A stretch of 64,000 nucleotides of DNA from positions 1 to 64,000 of the IMG/VR virus record IMGVR_UViG_2531839010_000002; one strand, 5' to 3'. The notes under the pieces were generated by a model. The model saw nothing but the letters and a program-made list of their open reading frames with translations, did no database searches and was not told where the DNA came from. The number at the start of each line of letters is the position of its first letter. Within the stretch, counting starts at the first letter, position 1. Source of the stretch: a virus. Its lineage: Duplodnaviria; Caudoviricetes. Position numbers and translations under genes: made by a program. This document shows, in pieces, positions 17,538 to 27,537 of the stretch.

Positions 17538-17999
17538 ATGGCAGATGTAGCAGGAAGAGTTTATCCGGTGCATAACAATGTGTTTAAGTTTGGCATAAAA
17601 GGCCTCGAAAGCACAGAGGAGGATATGGCTGTACCGTTAGATTTGGAGAATTTCGCTCCGTCCATTGACGGTACCGTAGAGGAATGGTATGCCATGGATG
17701 CGAAGGGCTGGGCAAAAGCAGCCATGACAGGAAAGAAGCTGGGATTTTCCTTCAAAGGAAAGAGGTCAGTAGGTGACCCGACCAATGACTATATTGCCGG
17801 CCTGGCCTGGAAGTTCGGACAGGACGTCATGACGAAGTTTGAGTGGACCATGGTATCCGGCGCAAAGCTGGCCTGTGACGTGGTTGTGAATGTGACCACT
17901 CCGGGCGGCGGTGATACAACCAACATTGACACCCTGGAATTTGAAGTGACGGGATATGGCGCCCCGACTTTTACACCGGCACCCACACCAGGAGCATAA
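17538..17999 (+). CDS. Major tail tube protein
   Basis: 153 aa, synteny, beta-rich, SFKGKRSVGDP motif. Confidence 0.8.
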   Translation: MADVAGRVYPVHNNVFKFGIKGLESTEEDMAVPLDLENFAPSIDGTVEEWYAMDAKGWAKAAMTGKKLGFSFKGKRSVGDPTNDYIAGLAWKFGQDVMTKFEWTMVSGAKLACDVVVNVTTPGGGDTTNIDTLEFEVTGYGAPTFTPAPTPGA

Positions 18000-18012
18000 G
18001 GAGGAATAACGA

Positions 18013-18315
18013 ATGGCAAGGAAAGTAGATATCACAGATAAATTGAGTTTTGAAGGGAATCCATCCCTGGTAATCAAGGGAAAGGCCATAGAAGTGAATG
18101 CGGATGCCCCGACCATGCTTAAGGTCATGGGACTGATGTCAGCGAATGACCCTGGTGCACAGGAAATTCTGGAGGCCTACGACATGATGTTCCCAGAAAA
18201 GTCCAAGAAAGAGATAGAGAGGATGAAACTGGGATTCAATGACTTGGTTATTGTAGTGCAGGAAGCGGTCCAGCTCATTTCCGGCATGGAGGAACCTGCC
18301 GCGGGAGAGCAGTGA
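18013..18315 (+). CDS. Tail assembly chaperone (first ORF)
   Basis: Between major tail and tape measure; ends GCG GGA GAG CAG TGA. Confidence 0.75.
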   Translation: MARKVDITDKLSFEGNPSLVIKGKAIEVNADAPTMLKVMGLMSANDPGAQEILEAYDMMFPEKSKKEIERMKLGFNDLVIVVQEAVQLISGMEEPAAGEQ

Positions 18316-18328
18316 CCCGTACTACGAT

Positions 18329-18649
18329 ATGTTTGAGGACTGGGACCTGATAGTCTCCAGTTTTTTGTCGCAGTACGGGTTAAGAATCAGAACGAAGGAA
18401 TTTGAAACAGTCTCCTGGGACGAATTCAAGGCACTGATTGCCGGCCTGTCCCCGGAGACTGCATTAGGCCGTGTGGTAGCCATCCGGTCCGAAACAGATA
18501 AGGATATCATCAAACATTATACAAAGGACCAGCGCCAGATATATGACGATTGGCGCAACCGGGAAATGAAAGAAATGGATGAGAAAACCTTCGAGAAGGA
18601 AATGGCCGGCCTGGAGAAGATGTTTGCGGCTATGTGCGGAGGTGGTTAA
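18329..18649 (+). CDS. Tail assembly chaperone second ORF (Gp15-like), probably reached by frameshift
   Basis: Frame open upstream of the ATG (SSDPYYD-MFEDWDLIVSSF...); no SD before ATG 18329. Confidence 0.7.
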   Translation: MFEDWDLIVSSFLSQYGLRIRTKEFETVSWDEFKALIAGLSPETALGRVVAIRSETDKDIIKHYTKDQRQIYDDWRNREMKEMDEKTFEKEMAGLEKMFAAMCGGG

Positions 18650-18794
18650 GATTGAGAAAGTAAGATGTGTAAGATGTGGACAGACCCTTCTCCTGGCGGA
18701 ATACGTTAAGGGGGAAATTAAATGTCCCAGATGTAAAACCATAAACAGGTTGGATATAAAAATGACAGAGCCTAGAGCCGCACCAAAGGAGTAG
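18642..18794 (+). CDS. Mu Com-like zinc-finger micro-protein (~47-50 aa)
   Basis: KVRCVRCGQTLLLAEYVKGEIKCPRCKTIN; start either GTG 18642 or ATT 18651 (8 nt after GGAGG). Confidence 0.8.
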   Translation: MVKIEKVRCVRCGQTLLLAEYVKGEIKCPRCKTINRLDIKMTEPRAAPKE

Positions 18795-18836
18795 CGAGCC
18801 AGAGCCTGCTTTTGAATTAAAAGGCAGGTGATATGT

Positions 18837-21800
18837 ATGGCAGCTGACAGCGTAGGCCAGATTGGCCTTGACCTTGTGGTCAACCAGAATCAATTTAAAC
18901 AGCAGATGGCCGGAATACAGGGACTGGCTAAAAAGGCGGGAGCTGCTCTGGCGGCGGCGTTTGCAGTAAAGAAAATCATAGATTTCGGCGCACAGTGTAT
19001 TGAATTGGGTTCCGACCTGGCGGAAGTACAGAACGTGGTAGATGTCACATTCCCGCGGATGTCCAAACAGGTGGATGACTTTGCTAAGAACGCCATAACC
19101 TCCTTCGGCCTGTCCGAGACCATGGCTAAGAAATTCACGGGTACATTCGGTGCGATGGCCAAGGCATTCGGCTTTGGTGAGCAGCAGGCCTATGAGATGG
19201 CCACGGCTTTAACTGGACTGTCTGGTGATGTGGCATCATTCTATAACATCAGCCAAGATGAAGCCTATACAAAGCTGAAATCCGTGTTCACGGGTGAGAC
19301 GGAGACCCTTAAGGACCTGGGCATCGTCATGACCCAGAGCGCCCTGGACAGTTATGCCCTGGCGAACGGCTATGGCAAGGTAACGGCTAAGATGTCTGAG
19401 GCTGAGAAGGTGGCCCTGCGGTATAAGTTCGTGCAGGACCAGCTGTCCCTGGCATCCGGTGACTTCATCCGGACGGCGGATGGCTGGGCAAACCAGGTAC
19501 GCGTCCTGAAGCTGCAGTTTGACAGCCTCAAGGCCACAATCGGTCAGGGGCTCATCAATGTGCTGACCCCGGTCATCCAGGTAATCAACCGCATCATCAG
19601 TAAGCTGATGAGCCTGGCCAATGCCTTCAAGGCATTTACGGAGATGGTGACCGGGAAGAAGGGTGGAGGAGGCACATCCGCAGCCACGGCCGGTATGGAT
19701 GCGATGGCCCAGTCTGCGGATAAGGCCGGGGCGGCCGCCGGAGGAGCCGGCGGGGCTGCTAAGAAGGCCGCTAAAGACATGAAAAGTGTCAGCACAGGCA
19801 TTGATGAGCTTAATATCATTAATCCTGATACCGATTCCGGAGGCGGTGGTTCCGGAGGTGGAGCTGATGGAGGGTATTCTGCGGACGAGTTCGATATGGG
19901 TGAGCTTGATACATCGGCCGTGGATGAGATGGACAGCAAGTATGCAGGACTGATTGAAAAGGCCAGAGAGCTTGCGGGACTGTTCAGGGAAGGATTCTGG
20001 GATGGTTTTGGCGATACGTCCGTCTTTGATAGTATACAGTCATCCATAGACAGCATCAAAGGCAGCCTGAGGGATATATTCACATCGCCGGAGGTGTTGG
20101 CTTCGGCTAATTCATTTGCTGACCAGGTTGCCTATAGCCTGGGACAGGTTGCAGGCTCCATGGCGAGCATCGGGACATCCATAGCGGATAACCTGCTGGG
20201 TGGGATTAGCCTGTTCCTGCAGCAGAATAAGGACCGTGTCATTGAGTATATTGTGTCCATGTTTGATATTGGCTCACGCATCGCGGAGATAAGCGGGAAT
20301 TTTTCCAAAGCACTTGCAACTGTATTTTCATCTCTACGGAGTAACAGCGCCAAGCAGATTACAGCAGATATTATTGGGATATTTTCCGAGGCCTTCATGG
20401 GTGCCACGGAATTGGCAGGGACATTTGCGGCAGATGTACTGGACACCATTACAGCTCCGTTCATCGAAAATGCGGATTACATCAAGACAACCCTGGAGGA
20501 TACATTCAGTGCTGTAGAACCTGTCTTTTCTACGGTTAAAGATTTGGTTACAGAAACTTTTGAAAAGATTGGTACAACATATGATGAGCATGTAGCCCCC
20601 ATGCTGGCAACTTTCAAACAAGGGTTCACGGAAATCGGCACCCTGCTGCTTGATGTCTACAACACATATTTCCTGCCGGTATTACAGAACCTGTCATCTC
20701 GATTCGTTGAATTTAAGGACCAGTACCTGAGCCCGCTGATTGATAAGTTCCTGGAGTTTGGTGGAAAAGTAGCTGATGCGGTCACCAAATTGTGGACCGG
20801 AGCTCTACAGCCATTCATTGAATGGTTTATGTCCAATGTGGCACCGGTCATAGCTTCATGCCTACAAGCCGCCATTGATACATTCTTTGGTTTCTGGGAA
20901 TCCGTTTCGGGTATCATAGAAGGATTGCTCACAGCACTTGGCGGTGTAATTGACTTCGTTGTTGGTGTGTTCACTGGTGACTGGAGTCTTGCGTGGGAAG
21001 GAATCAAGGAAATATTCACCGGTATTTGGGAGACATTGAAAGAGCTCGTTTCTGGTGCAGTAACATTCATTCAAAATGTTGTTAACCTGGCGTGGACTGC
21101 TATATCTGGAGCAACCAGTACCATCTGGAACGGAATCAAGACACTTTTGAATACTCTTTGGAACTGGCTTAAGTCTCTGGCCAATACATTATTCAATGCT
21201 ATCAAGACATCCATCAGCACGGCCTGGGAGAATGTCAAGAGTAAGACATCAGAAATATGGGAATCCATTAAGGAATTCGTATCAAATCTGTGGGATACAA
21301 TCAAGACAGCAGTGGATGAGAAGTTCACGGCCATGAAAGATGCTATTGCCGGGGTCTGGGATACGGTGAGAACAAAGACAAAAGAAACCTGGGACGGTAT
21401 CTGGGCAGATATAAAGGGTATCATTAACATGATTATCAATGGTGTAGAGAGCATGGCCAACAGGGTTATTGATGCGATTAATGCCATGATAGACGCCGTA
21501 AATGAGGTGGCGGATAAGGTACCAGGCATCGGCGCTGATTTTATCCCGAATATACCAAACATCCATCTTCCGCGTCTGGCCCAAGGCGGTTTTGTCCGCG
21601 CCAACACCCCGCAGCTGGCCATGATAGGTGATAACCGACACTATGGTGAGATTGTGGCTCCTGAGGATAAGATGCAGGCCATGGTAGACCGGGCGGTAGC
21701 TTTAGCTTCCCAAACAAGCAGTAATGGCATGAGTGAGCAGTATCTGTCCATCATGGTAGACCTGCTACAGCGTATCATTGACCTGATAGAGCAGATGGAC

Positions 21801-21887
21801 TTGACGGTCAATATCGACATCCGGGAGATAAAGAAGAAATTAGTGGAACTGGATAAGCGTAATGGATACACCATGCGGACTACATAA
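18837..21887 (+). CDS. Tail tape measure protein
   Basis: ~1016 aa Ala-rich helical protein with W/F periodic repeats; C-terminal PRLAQGG; SD AGGTGA at 18826. Confidence 0.93.
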   Translation: MAADSVGQIGLDLVVNQNQFKQQMAGIQGLAKKAGAALAAAFAVKKIIDFGAQCIELGSDLAEVQNVVDVTFPRMSKQVDDFAKNAITSFGLSETMAKKFTGTFGAMAKAFGFGEQQAYEMATALTGLSGDVASFYNISQDEAYTKLKSVFTGETETLKDLGIVMTQSALDSYALANGYGKVTAKMSEAEKVALRYKFVQDQLSLASGDFIRTADGWANQVRVLKLQFDSLKATIGQGLINVLTPVIQVINRIISKLMSLANAFKAFTEMVTGKKGGGGTSAATAGMDAMAQSADKAGAAAGGAGGAAKKAAKDMKSVSTGIDELNIINPDTDSGGGGSGGGADGGYSADEFDMGELDTSAVDEMDSKYAGLIEKARELAGLFREGFWDGFGDTSVFDSIQSSIDSIKGSLRDIFTSPEVLASANSFADQVAYSLGQVAGSMASIGTSIADNLLGGISLFLQQNKDRVIEYIVSMFDIGSRIAEISGNFSKALATVFSSLRSNSAKQITADIIGIFSEAFMGATELAGTFAADVLDTITAPFIENADYIKTTLEDTFSAVEPVFSTVKDLVTETFEKIGTTYDEHVAPMLATFKQGFTEIGTLLLDVYNTYFLPVLQNLSSRFVEFKDQYLSPLIDKFLEFGGKVADAVTKLWTGALQPFIEWFMSNVAPVIASCLQAAIDTFFGFWESVSGIIEGLLTALGGVIDFVVGVFTGDWSLAWEGIKEIFTGIWETLKELVSGAVTFIQNVVNLAWTAISGATSTIWNGIKTLLNTLWNWLKSLANTLFNAIKTSISTAWENVKSKTSEIWESIKEFVSNLWDTIKTAVDEKFTAMKDAIAGVWDTVRTKTKETWDGIWADIKGIINMIINGVESMANRVIDAINAMIDAVNEVADKVPGIGADFIPNIPNIHLPRLAQGGFVRANTPQLAMIGDNRHYGEIVAPEDKMQAMVDRAVALASQTSSNGMSEQYLSIMVDLLQRIIDLIEQMDLTVNIDIREIKKKLVELDKRNGYTMRTT

Positions 21888-21901
21888 AGGAGGTGGACTA
21901 A

Positions 21902-22276
21902 GTGCCAATCTATATCAATGGACATGAATATCCAAACTATGATCGGGGTCCAGGCCTAACCATTGCTACGAACGTGAACCAGGGCAAGAATGCCCTGGGG
22001 GAATTCGTAGGGCAGCGCGTGGGCCGTGACCAGGATAAGATTGACGGCCTGCAGTGGTCCTATCTGGATGCGGCGACCTGGAGCAGCATCCTTAAAGAGT
22101 TTGAGGAGTTTGTGGTGACGGTCAAGTTTCCGGACATGAAAAACAACTGCTGGAAAACAGAGCGGATGTATCCGGGGAACCGGACGGCCAAGATAGACGA
22201 GATAGGTCCGGATGGGCTGCCCACCATGTATAAAGACTGTAAGGTGAACCTGATAGACTGCGGGGTGATGGAGTAG
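21902..22276 (+). CDS. Distal tail (Dit-like) protein
   Basis: GTG start after GGAGGTG; position after the tape measure gene. Confidence 0.65.
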   Translation: MPIYINGHEYPNYDRGPGLTIATNVNQGKNALGEFVGQRVGRDQDKIDGLQWSYLDAATWSSILKEFEEFVVTVKFPDMKNNCWKTERMYPGNRTAKIDEIGPDGLPTMYKDCKVNLIDCGVME

Positions 22277-25041
22277 TGCAGGCGGCAAGTAATGAATATA
22301 AGGACATGATGCGCAGGAAGTGGAGAAACCCACTGTCTTACCTGCGTGTCACCATCGGCCTGATTAACCAGCAGGCCCAGGCATCCGCTTACATACCTGA
22401 GCGGGATGTGTATACCTATTATTCCGACCTAGTAAAGCCCATGGATAACTACAAGGTACAGGAGCTATATGCAACCTGTGACCAGGACTATACCACGGTG
22501 GATGGCAGCATGTATTTCCTTCCCAAGGATGCAGCAGACGTGGTGCTCAATCAGGGAATCGTGACGGATGGTCTTCAGGGGGAAATTGAAATCCGGTTTC
22601 CCGTTCAATATGACATTAAGGGGCTGACCGTGGAATTTGGCAAGGCATATCCCGTAGATTTTACCATCATTTCAGACAACCGGACCTTGAATGTAACGAA
22701 TAATGCGGATGGCCATTATGTGACGGAGGAGATTTTTGAGGGAGCCACTTACCTGAGGTTTGTGCCTGCAGCCATGGTCAATGGACGGAGCCGGTTCCAC
22801 ATCAATCAGATTACCATGGGTATTGGCGTCTATTTTGACAGCAAAAAAATACTGTCCGCAACCAAAAAAGAACATATCAGTCCTATATCGGAGGAGTTGA
22901 CAACCATAGATTTTTCCGTAACGGTGGATAATAAGGACCGGGCCTATGATGTGGAGAATGAAGAAAGTACAGTGAACTTCTTGGAAATTGGTCAGAGTAT
23001 CGAGGCGCTTTACGGCCAGGCCATGGATGATGGAACGATTGAGTGGATACCGGGAACGTCACTTGCACTGAAATCATGGTCAGCTGATGATACGGAGATG
23101 GACTTCCAGGCATCAGACTGTTTTGAGGGGATGGACGGCACATATTACCGTGGCCGGTATCATCCGGACGGTATGAGCCTGTATGACATGGCTGTGGATG
23201 TCCTTGCGGATGCCCAGGTGGATTACCGGGACTACTGGATAGATCCATATCTTAAGGACGTTCTGGTGGTTAATCCGATGCCGGTGGTAGCGCATAAGGA
23301 AGCCCTGCAGCTGATTGCTAATGCCGGCAGATGTATCCTGTACCAGGACCGGACCGGCAGGATAATCCTTAAGTCCAGTTTTGTACCGGATATGGAGGCG
23401 GCGTCTGATAACGAGACATACTTTTCCCATGCGTCAGCCATACTTGACCACGCGGAAAAGGAAGCGTATGCCCTGCCTGGTCAGGATTACACAGGCACAT
23501 CCGGCGCACAGTATTTCCTTCCCAGGCAGACGACCAATGGAGCCACATATCTCAATACGGGCTATGTGTCTGAGGCCGTCGCCGAGGAAGACGGGCTGTT
23601 TACGGACAATCCCACAGTGGAAATAACTACGGAGGCGGCATACAAGTGTTTTGGACTAACCCTGGAATTTGGTCGCAACTGGCCGGATACAGTTATCTTC
23701 CATGCCTACTACAATAACGCGGCTATGGAAGATTATACAGTCCCTGGATTGACACAGACTTACGTGGTCAGCCATGAGTTCCCAGAGTTTGACCGGTTGG
23801 TGCTGGAATTTTCCAAGGGATGTCCCAATAACCGTGTAGTGCTGGACAATATAATCTTCGGCGACAGCACTGATTATGTCCTGGAATATGGTGTAGAGTT
23901 GACCAAGACCCCAAAGGGCACGCAACTGACCAAGGTTAGGGAACTGCAGGTCGTACGCACCATATACAATCTCAGTACAGAGGATGCAAAGGAGCTGGCA
24001 AGGGAGACCATAAGTGTAACCGCTTTAGACAACCGATATACGTTTTATTTTTCTAATCCATCCTATGATTTAAAGACATACGTCCCGGTTTATGTGGAGG
24101 CAACCAATATGGTTCAGAACGGGTCTTTTGATACCGGCGTGACCGGATGGATCAACGCACAGTATGACGCAGCCAGAAAATGCACATACGTTGTCTCGGA
24201 AGATGGAAACGCAGTCCACATAGTACAAACTGTACAGATGATATCCGGACATAAATATTACTTGCGGGGGAATTTCATGCGGGAGGAATCGCCCGGTGAG
24301 TATTCGGGAAATGATGAATGCGATTTGGTCAGGGCGATTGCCAATAGAGAATCATTTAATATTAATCTACGTCCAGAGACTATTGCGCCAGATGGAGTGT
24401 GGCATACCAAATCAGCCATTGACACGGTTGAGGCAACAGGAGAGTGGGACCTAAGGATTTATACCTATGGAAACAAAAGGCTTTATATAGATTCAATTCT
24501 TTTGGTAGATTTGACAGCAGCTTGGGGAATCGGGAATGAACCGGATATAGAGTGGTGTGATAAGTTCATCGGCTATTTCACTGGTATTGCAAGTATCCCG
24601 AAATATGGGTGTGAGATTGTGGATAGTAGTGCCTATTACGCAACGGTGGAGCTTACAGGAATCACAGGGCCGACAGAGGTGGTCGTTACAGGCAGGGAAT
24701 ATGTTACTACCCAGCCCAAGGTAAGCAGACAGCTAAATCCTACCGGCAGCCTGGAGGCGTGGAATAATCCGCTTGTGTCCGACACGGTCCATGCCGCGAA
24801 CCTGGCGGATTGGATTGGGGACTACATGAAATCAGACCGGGAATATGACCTGTCATACCGGGGAGAGCCACGGATTGATGCCAACGACATAGCATTCCTG
24901 GAAAATAAGTATGTGCCTGACCTACTGATACGGGTAACGGACCATACCCTGAAATTTAATGGTGGGCTTAGCGGTACCATCAAGGCAAGGAGGGACATGA
25001 GTTATGTGGCAACAGCCAAAAACAGACTGGCAGGCCAGTGA
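22276..25041 (+). CDS. Baseplate hub/Tal-like tail protein with duplicated beta modules and an inserted carbohydrate-binding-like domain
   Basis: 921 aa; internal repeat (QDYTTVDGSMYFLP / QDYTGTSGAQYFLP); NMVQNGSF...DLTAAWGIGNEPDIEWCD insert. Confidence 0.75.
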   Translation: MQAASNEYKDMMRRKWRNPLSYLRVTIGLINQQAQASAYIPERDVYTYYSDLVKPMDNYKVQELYATCDQDYTTVDGSMYFLPKDAADVVLNQGIVTDGLQGEIEIRFPVQYDIKGLTVEFGKAYPVDFTIISDNRTLNVTNNADGHYVTEEIFEGATYLRFVPAAMVNGRSRFHINQITMGIGVYFDSKKILSATKKEHISPISEELTTIDFSVTVDNKDRAYDVENEESTVNFLEIGQSIEALYGQAMDDGTIEWIPGTSLALKSWSADDTEMDFQASDCFEGMDGTYYRGRYHPDGMSLYDMAVDVLADAQVDYRDYWIDPYLKDVLVVNPMPVVAHKEALQLIANAGRCILYQDRTGRIILKSSFVPDMEAASDNETYFSHASAILDHAEKEAYALPGQDYTGTSGAQYFLPRQTTNGATYLNTGYVSEAVAEEDGLFTDNPTVEITTEAAYKCFGLTLEFGRNWPDTVIFHAYYNNAAMEDYTVPGLTQTYVVSHEFPEFDRLVLEFSKGCPNNRVVLDNIIFGDSTDYVLEYGVELTKTPKGTQLTKVRELQVVRTIYNLSTEDAKELARETISVTALDNRYTFYFSNPSYDLKTYVPVYVEATNMVQNGSFDTGVTGWINAQYDAARKCTYVVSEDGNAVHIVQTVQMISGHKYYLRGNFMREESPGEYSGNDECDLVRAIANRESFNINLRPETIAPDGVWHTKSAIDTVEATGEWDLRIYTYGNKRLYIDSILLVDLTAAWGIGNEPDIEWCDKFIGYFTGIASIPKYGCEIVDSSAYYATVELTGITGPTEVVVTGREYVTTQPKVSRQLNPTGSLEAWNNPLVSDTVHAANLADWIGDYMKSDREYDLSYRGEPRIDANDIAFLENKYVPDLLIRVTDHTLKFNGGLSGTIKARRDMSYVATAKNRLAGQ

Positions 25042-25405
25042 TTATTTTAATATCGGTGACTACAACCGCATCAAGGGCAACATCAATGAGATACGGACCC
25101 AGGCGCTTACTCTGTGGCCGGACTTTAAGTTTGAGGAGATGGGAGAGGATAAGACCTATCAGGATTATGGGTTTTATGCCGATGAAATTAACCGCTTTGA
25201 GGCCAATATAGACCACGTCTGCGTAGGGACATTCCCCTTCAATGTAGGAGAGAGGCAGTTTTATCATGACAACGGCCCATTCATTGACTGGCAAGAGCTG
25301 AACCGTATTGAATCCGCCTGCCTGAAGATATACAGGAACATATTAGGAAGGGCCGAAGGAATCAGACGCCTGGCTTTCACACTTAATGGAGGTGCATTTG
25401 AGTGA
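25004..25405 (+). CDS. Baseplate/tail protein
   Basis: MWQQPKTDW...DYNRIKGN...ELNRIESA motif, synteny. Confidence 0.65.
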   Translation: MWQQPKTDWQASDYFNIGDYNRIKGNINEIRTQALTLWPDFKFEEMGEDKTYQDYGFYADEINRFEANIDHVCVGTFPFNVGERQFYHDNGPFIDWQELNRIESACLKIYRNILGRAEGIRRLAFTLNGGAFE

Positions 25406-25848
25406 TGAGTTTAAAAACAGATTATAGGGACGATATATATGAGGGTTCCAGACGATGGAGGTTGACCCAGAACGAGGATGGCACCTATGGTATATCAGAT
25501 GCCACTACCTATACACAAAAGGGCGACAGTTTTGGACAGAATGACATTAACGCTACGAATAAGGCAGTGAATGCCCTGAACCATGTTGTACCCGTCACAC
25601 TTCAAGCATCCGGGTGGAGCACTGCGGCCCCATATATCCAGACTGTGCCGATAGAGGGGCTGACAACGGAGGACAACCCCATACTGGTAAAGGTGATTGC
25701 AGACGGGGCGACGCCGGAACAGGTGAAAGCGTATAACAAGGCATTTGGGATGATTGACGATGGGGACACGGCAGATGGCCAGGCAACATTTAAATGTTAC
25801 AATAAGAAACCCACGATTGACCTAACCGTGGGCTTGAAAGGAGTGTAA
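25402..25848 (+). CDS. Tail-associated (upper baseplate-like) protein
   Basis: LKTDYRDD...GDSFGQNDINATN and LQASGWSTAAPYIQTV motifs. Confidence 0.65.
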   Translation: MMSLKTDYRDDIYEGSRRWRLTQNEDGTYGISDATTYTQKGDSFGQNDINATNKAVNALNHVVPVTLQASGWSTAAPYIQTVPIEGLTTEDNPILVKVIADGATPEQVKAYNKAFGMIDDGDTADGQATFKCYNKKPTIDLTVGLKGV

Positions 25849-25854
25849 AGACAA

Positions 25855-27042
25855 ATGGGTGAAATATTGATGACAGGCGGGAGCGGAGGCATCACTTCAG
25901 ATGATGTGACCGTGGTAAAGGCCCATATACTAAAGGGCGAGACTGCATTAACAGCGGACAGCAATGATGAAGTCATAGAGGGTGAGATGGATGTACAGAG
26001 TATACTGTCTTTTAATGGTGCCGTGTACTCTTCCACGGCAATCATGTTTACATGGCAAAATCCATTGAAGGGGCCGTTTTCAGGAGTAATCATCGTGGGA
26101 AAAACAGACGGTTATCCAGAAAACGTTGATGATGGAACAAGATATTATAAAGGTTATGGCAGTAATGTCATGGCCTCTGGGATATCCAATGCAGTCGTAA
26201 ATGGTTTCGTATCAAATAAGACCTATTATCTTAAGGCATTCAGTTATGTTTCAAAGAATAATATCGAATGGATACATCCAGATGCATTTTCCTGTGTTGA
26301 GGTAATAGCGAAAGGAATAAAGACATTCACATCCTCGGGAGAGTTCACTGTTCCAGAAGGCGTTGGTGCTATTGATATATTTGGTGTTGGTGGAGGCGCG
26401 GGCGGAGGTTCTGGCGGAAATAGTCGGTACGGTAATGGTTCTGGTGGAGGCGGTGGATACACCGTCACTGTTAAAGATGTTAAAGTTACCCCAGGTCAGA
26501 AAATACCGGTGACCATTGGAAATGGAGGGGCAGCAGGTATATATAATGGGTCTGGAAATAACGGAGGAGCTGGGGGAAATACAGTTGTGGGAAATTATCT
26601 TACGGCAAAAGGGGGAGGGGCAGGACAGGGAAGAAATGGCGGTGGAAATGATGGTGGAAGTGGTGGTTCCGGTGGTGGTGGGGGGTCCTATTACGCACCG
26701 GGTGTAACACTTTGCGGCGGAGGAGATGGTGGGAGCAATGGCGGTGCAGGAGTTAACAGCCATGGTAATGTCGTTTATTTAGGTGGCAGTGGACAGGGAA
26801 GAACAACGCGCGCCTTCGGGGAATCTTCAGGAACCCTATATTCCGCAGGCGGTGGGGGTGCGGGAGCGGATTACAGTGGCCGTGGTGGAGCTGATGGCGG
26901 CGGAGCTGGTACCAATTGGAATGCTTCTGGTTCTGGAGGGAACGGAAATACTAACACGGGTTCTGGTGGAGGCGGAGGCTGCAGCTGGTATAACGGTGGC
27001 GCTGGTGGATCTGGCATAGCAATTATCCGATGGGGATATTAG
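25855..27042 (+). CDS. Tail fibre/receptor-binding protein with glycine-rich C-terminal domain
   Basis: FTSSGEFTVPEGV...GVGGGAGGG...GGAGGSGIAIIRW Gly-rich domain; AT-richer than upstream genes. Confidence 0.8.
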   Translation: MGEILMTGGSGGITSDDVTVVKAHILKGETALTADSNDEVIEGEMDVQSILSFNGAVYSSTAIMFTWQNPLKGPFSGVIIVGKTDGYPENVDDGTRYYKGYGSNVMASGISNAVVNGFVSNKTYYLKAFSYVSKNNIEWIHPDAFSCVEVIAKGIKTFTSSGEFTVPEGVGAIDIFGVGGGAGGGSGGNSRYGNGSGGGGGYTVTVKDVKVTPGQKIPVTIGNGGAAGIYNGSGNNGGAGGNTVVGNYLTAKGGGAGQGRNGGGNDGGSGGSGGGGGSYYAPGVTLCGGGDGGSNGGAGVNSHGNVVYLGGSGQGRTTRAFGESSGTLYSAGGGGAGADYSGRGGADGGGAGTNWNASGSGGNGNTNTGSGGGGGCSWYNGGAGGSGIAIIRWGY

Positions 27043-27061
27043 AGAGAGGAGGACAACTGGA

Positions 27062-27370
27062 ATGGTTGCACATACAATTTATGCAATAATATGGGAGGAT
27101 ACAATCAGGAATATAACCCCCTGTGATGATTATGAACTGGCAAATCGCCTGGCAAGAGCAAGCCATGGGAACAATGCGTATGCAGTGGAATGCACACAGT
27201 ATGCATGTAAAATAGGCGGGAGGTATGTTGGTGGTAAATTCTATGAGGAGGATGGCGTGACTCGTGTTAGATACATACCGACTATGGAACAGCAGCTGGC
27301 ACAACTGCAAGCAGAAAATGCGGAACTGACCATTACTTTGGCAGATATGATAGGAGGCGTATCAATATGA
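27062..27370 (+). CDS. Tail fibre assembly-like small protein
   Basis: Follows the fibre gene; C-terminal QLQAENAELTITLADMIGG. Confidence 0.65.
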   Translation: MVAHTIYAIIWEDTIRNITPCDDYELANRLARASHGNNAYAVECTQYACKIGGRYVGGKFYEEDGVTRVRYIPTMEQQLAQLQAENAELTITLADMIGGVSI

Positions 27371-27537
27371 TAAGTAATATTCAAAGAAATATAATTATCC
27401 GGGCATTACGCATTCGGAAGGAGCAGGGGGAAAATCCAGAGGATATTTTGGACAAATATATGAATCTTACGAGCACTGATAAAGCAGAGATTATGGAGAA
27501 ACTGGTAATGACAGCGGATGAACCTATGAGTAGATAG
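27367..27537 (+). CDS. 56-aa phage protein (XkdX-like position)
   Basis: SD AGGAGG, ATGA overlap; MISNIQRNIIIRALRIRKEQGENPEDIL... Confidence 0.65.
   Translation: MISNIQRNIIIRALRIRKEQGENPEDILDKYMNLTSTDKAEIMEKLVMTADEPMSR

Noticed and set aside
26380-27010. GGN-rich repeats as a DNA repeat element
   Set aside because: Fully explained by glycine codons of the tail fibre Gly-rich domain
25855-27370. Diversity-generating retroelement targeting the tail fibre
   Set aside because: No reverse transcriptase in the window and no near-identical TR/VR pair differing at adenines was seen; the missing left arm cannot be excluded
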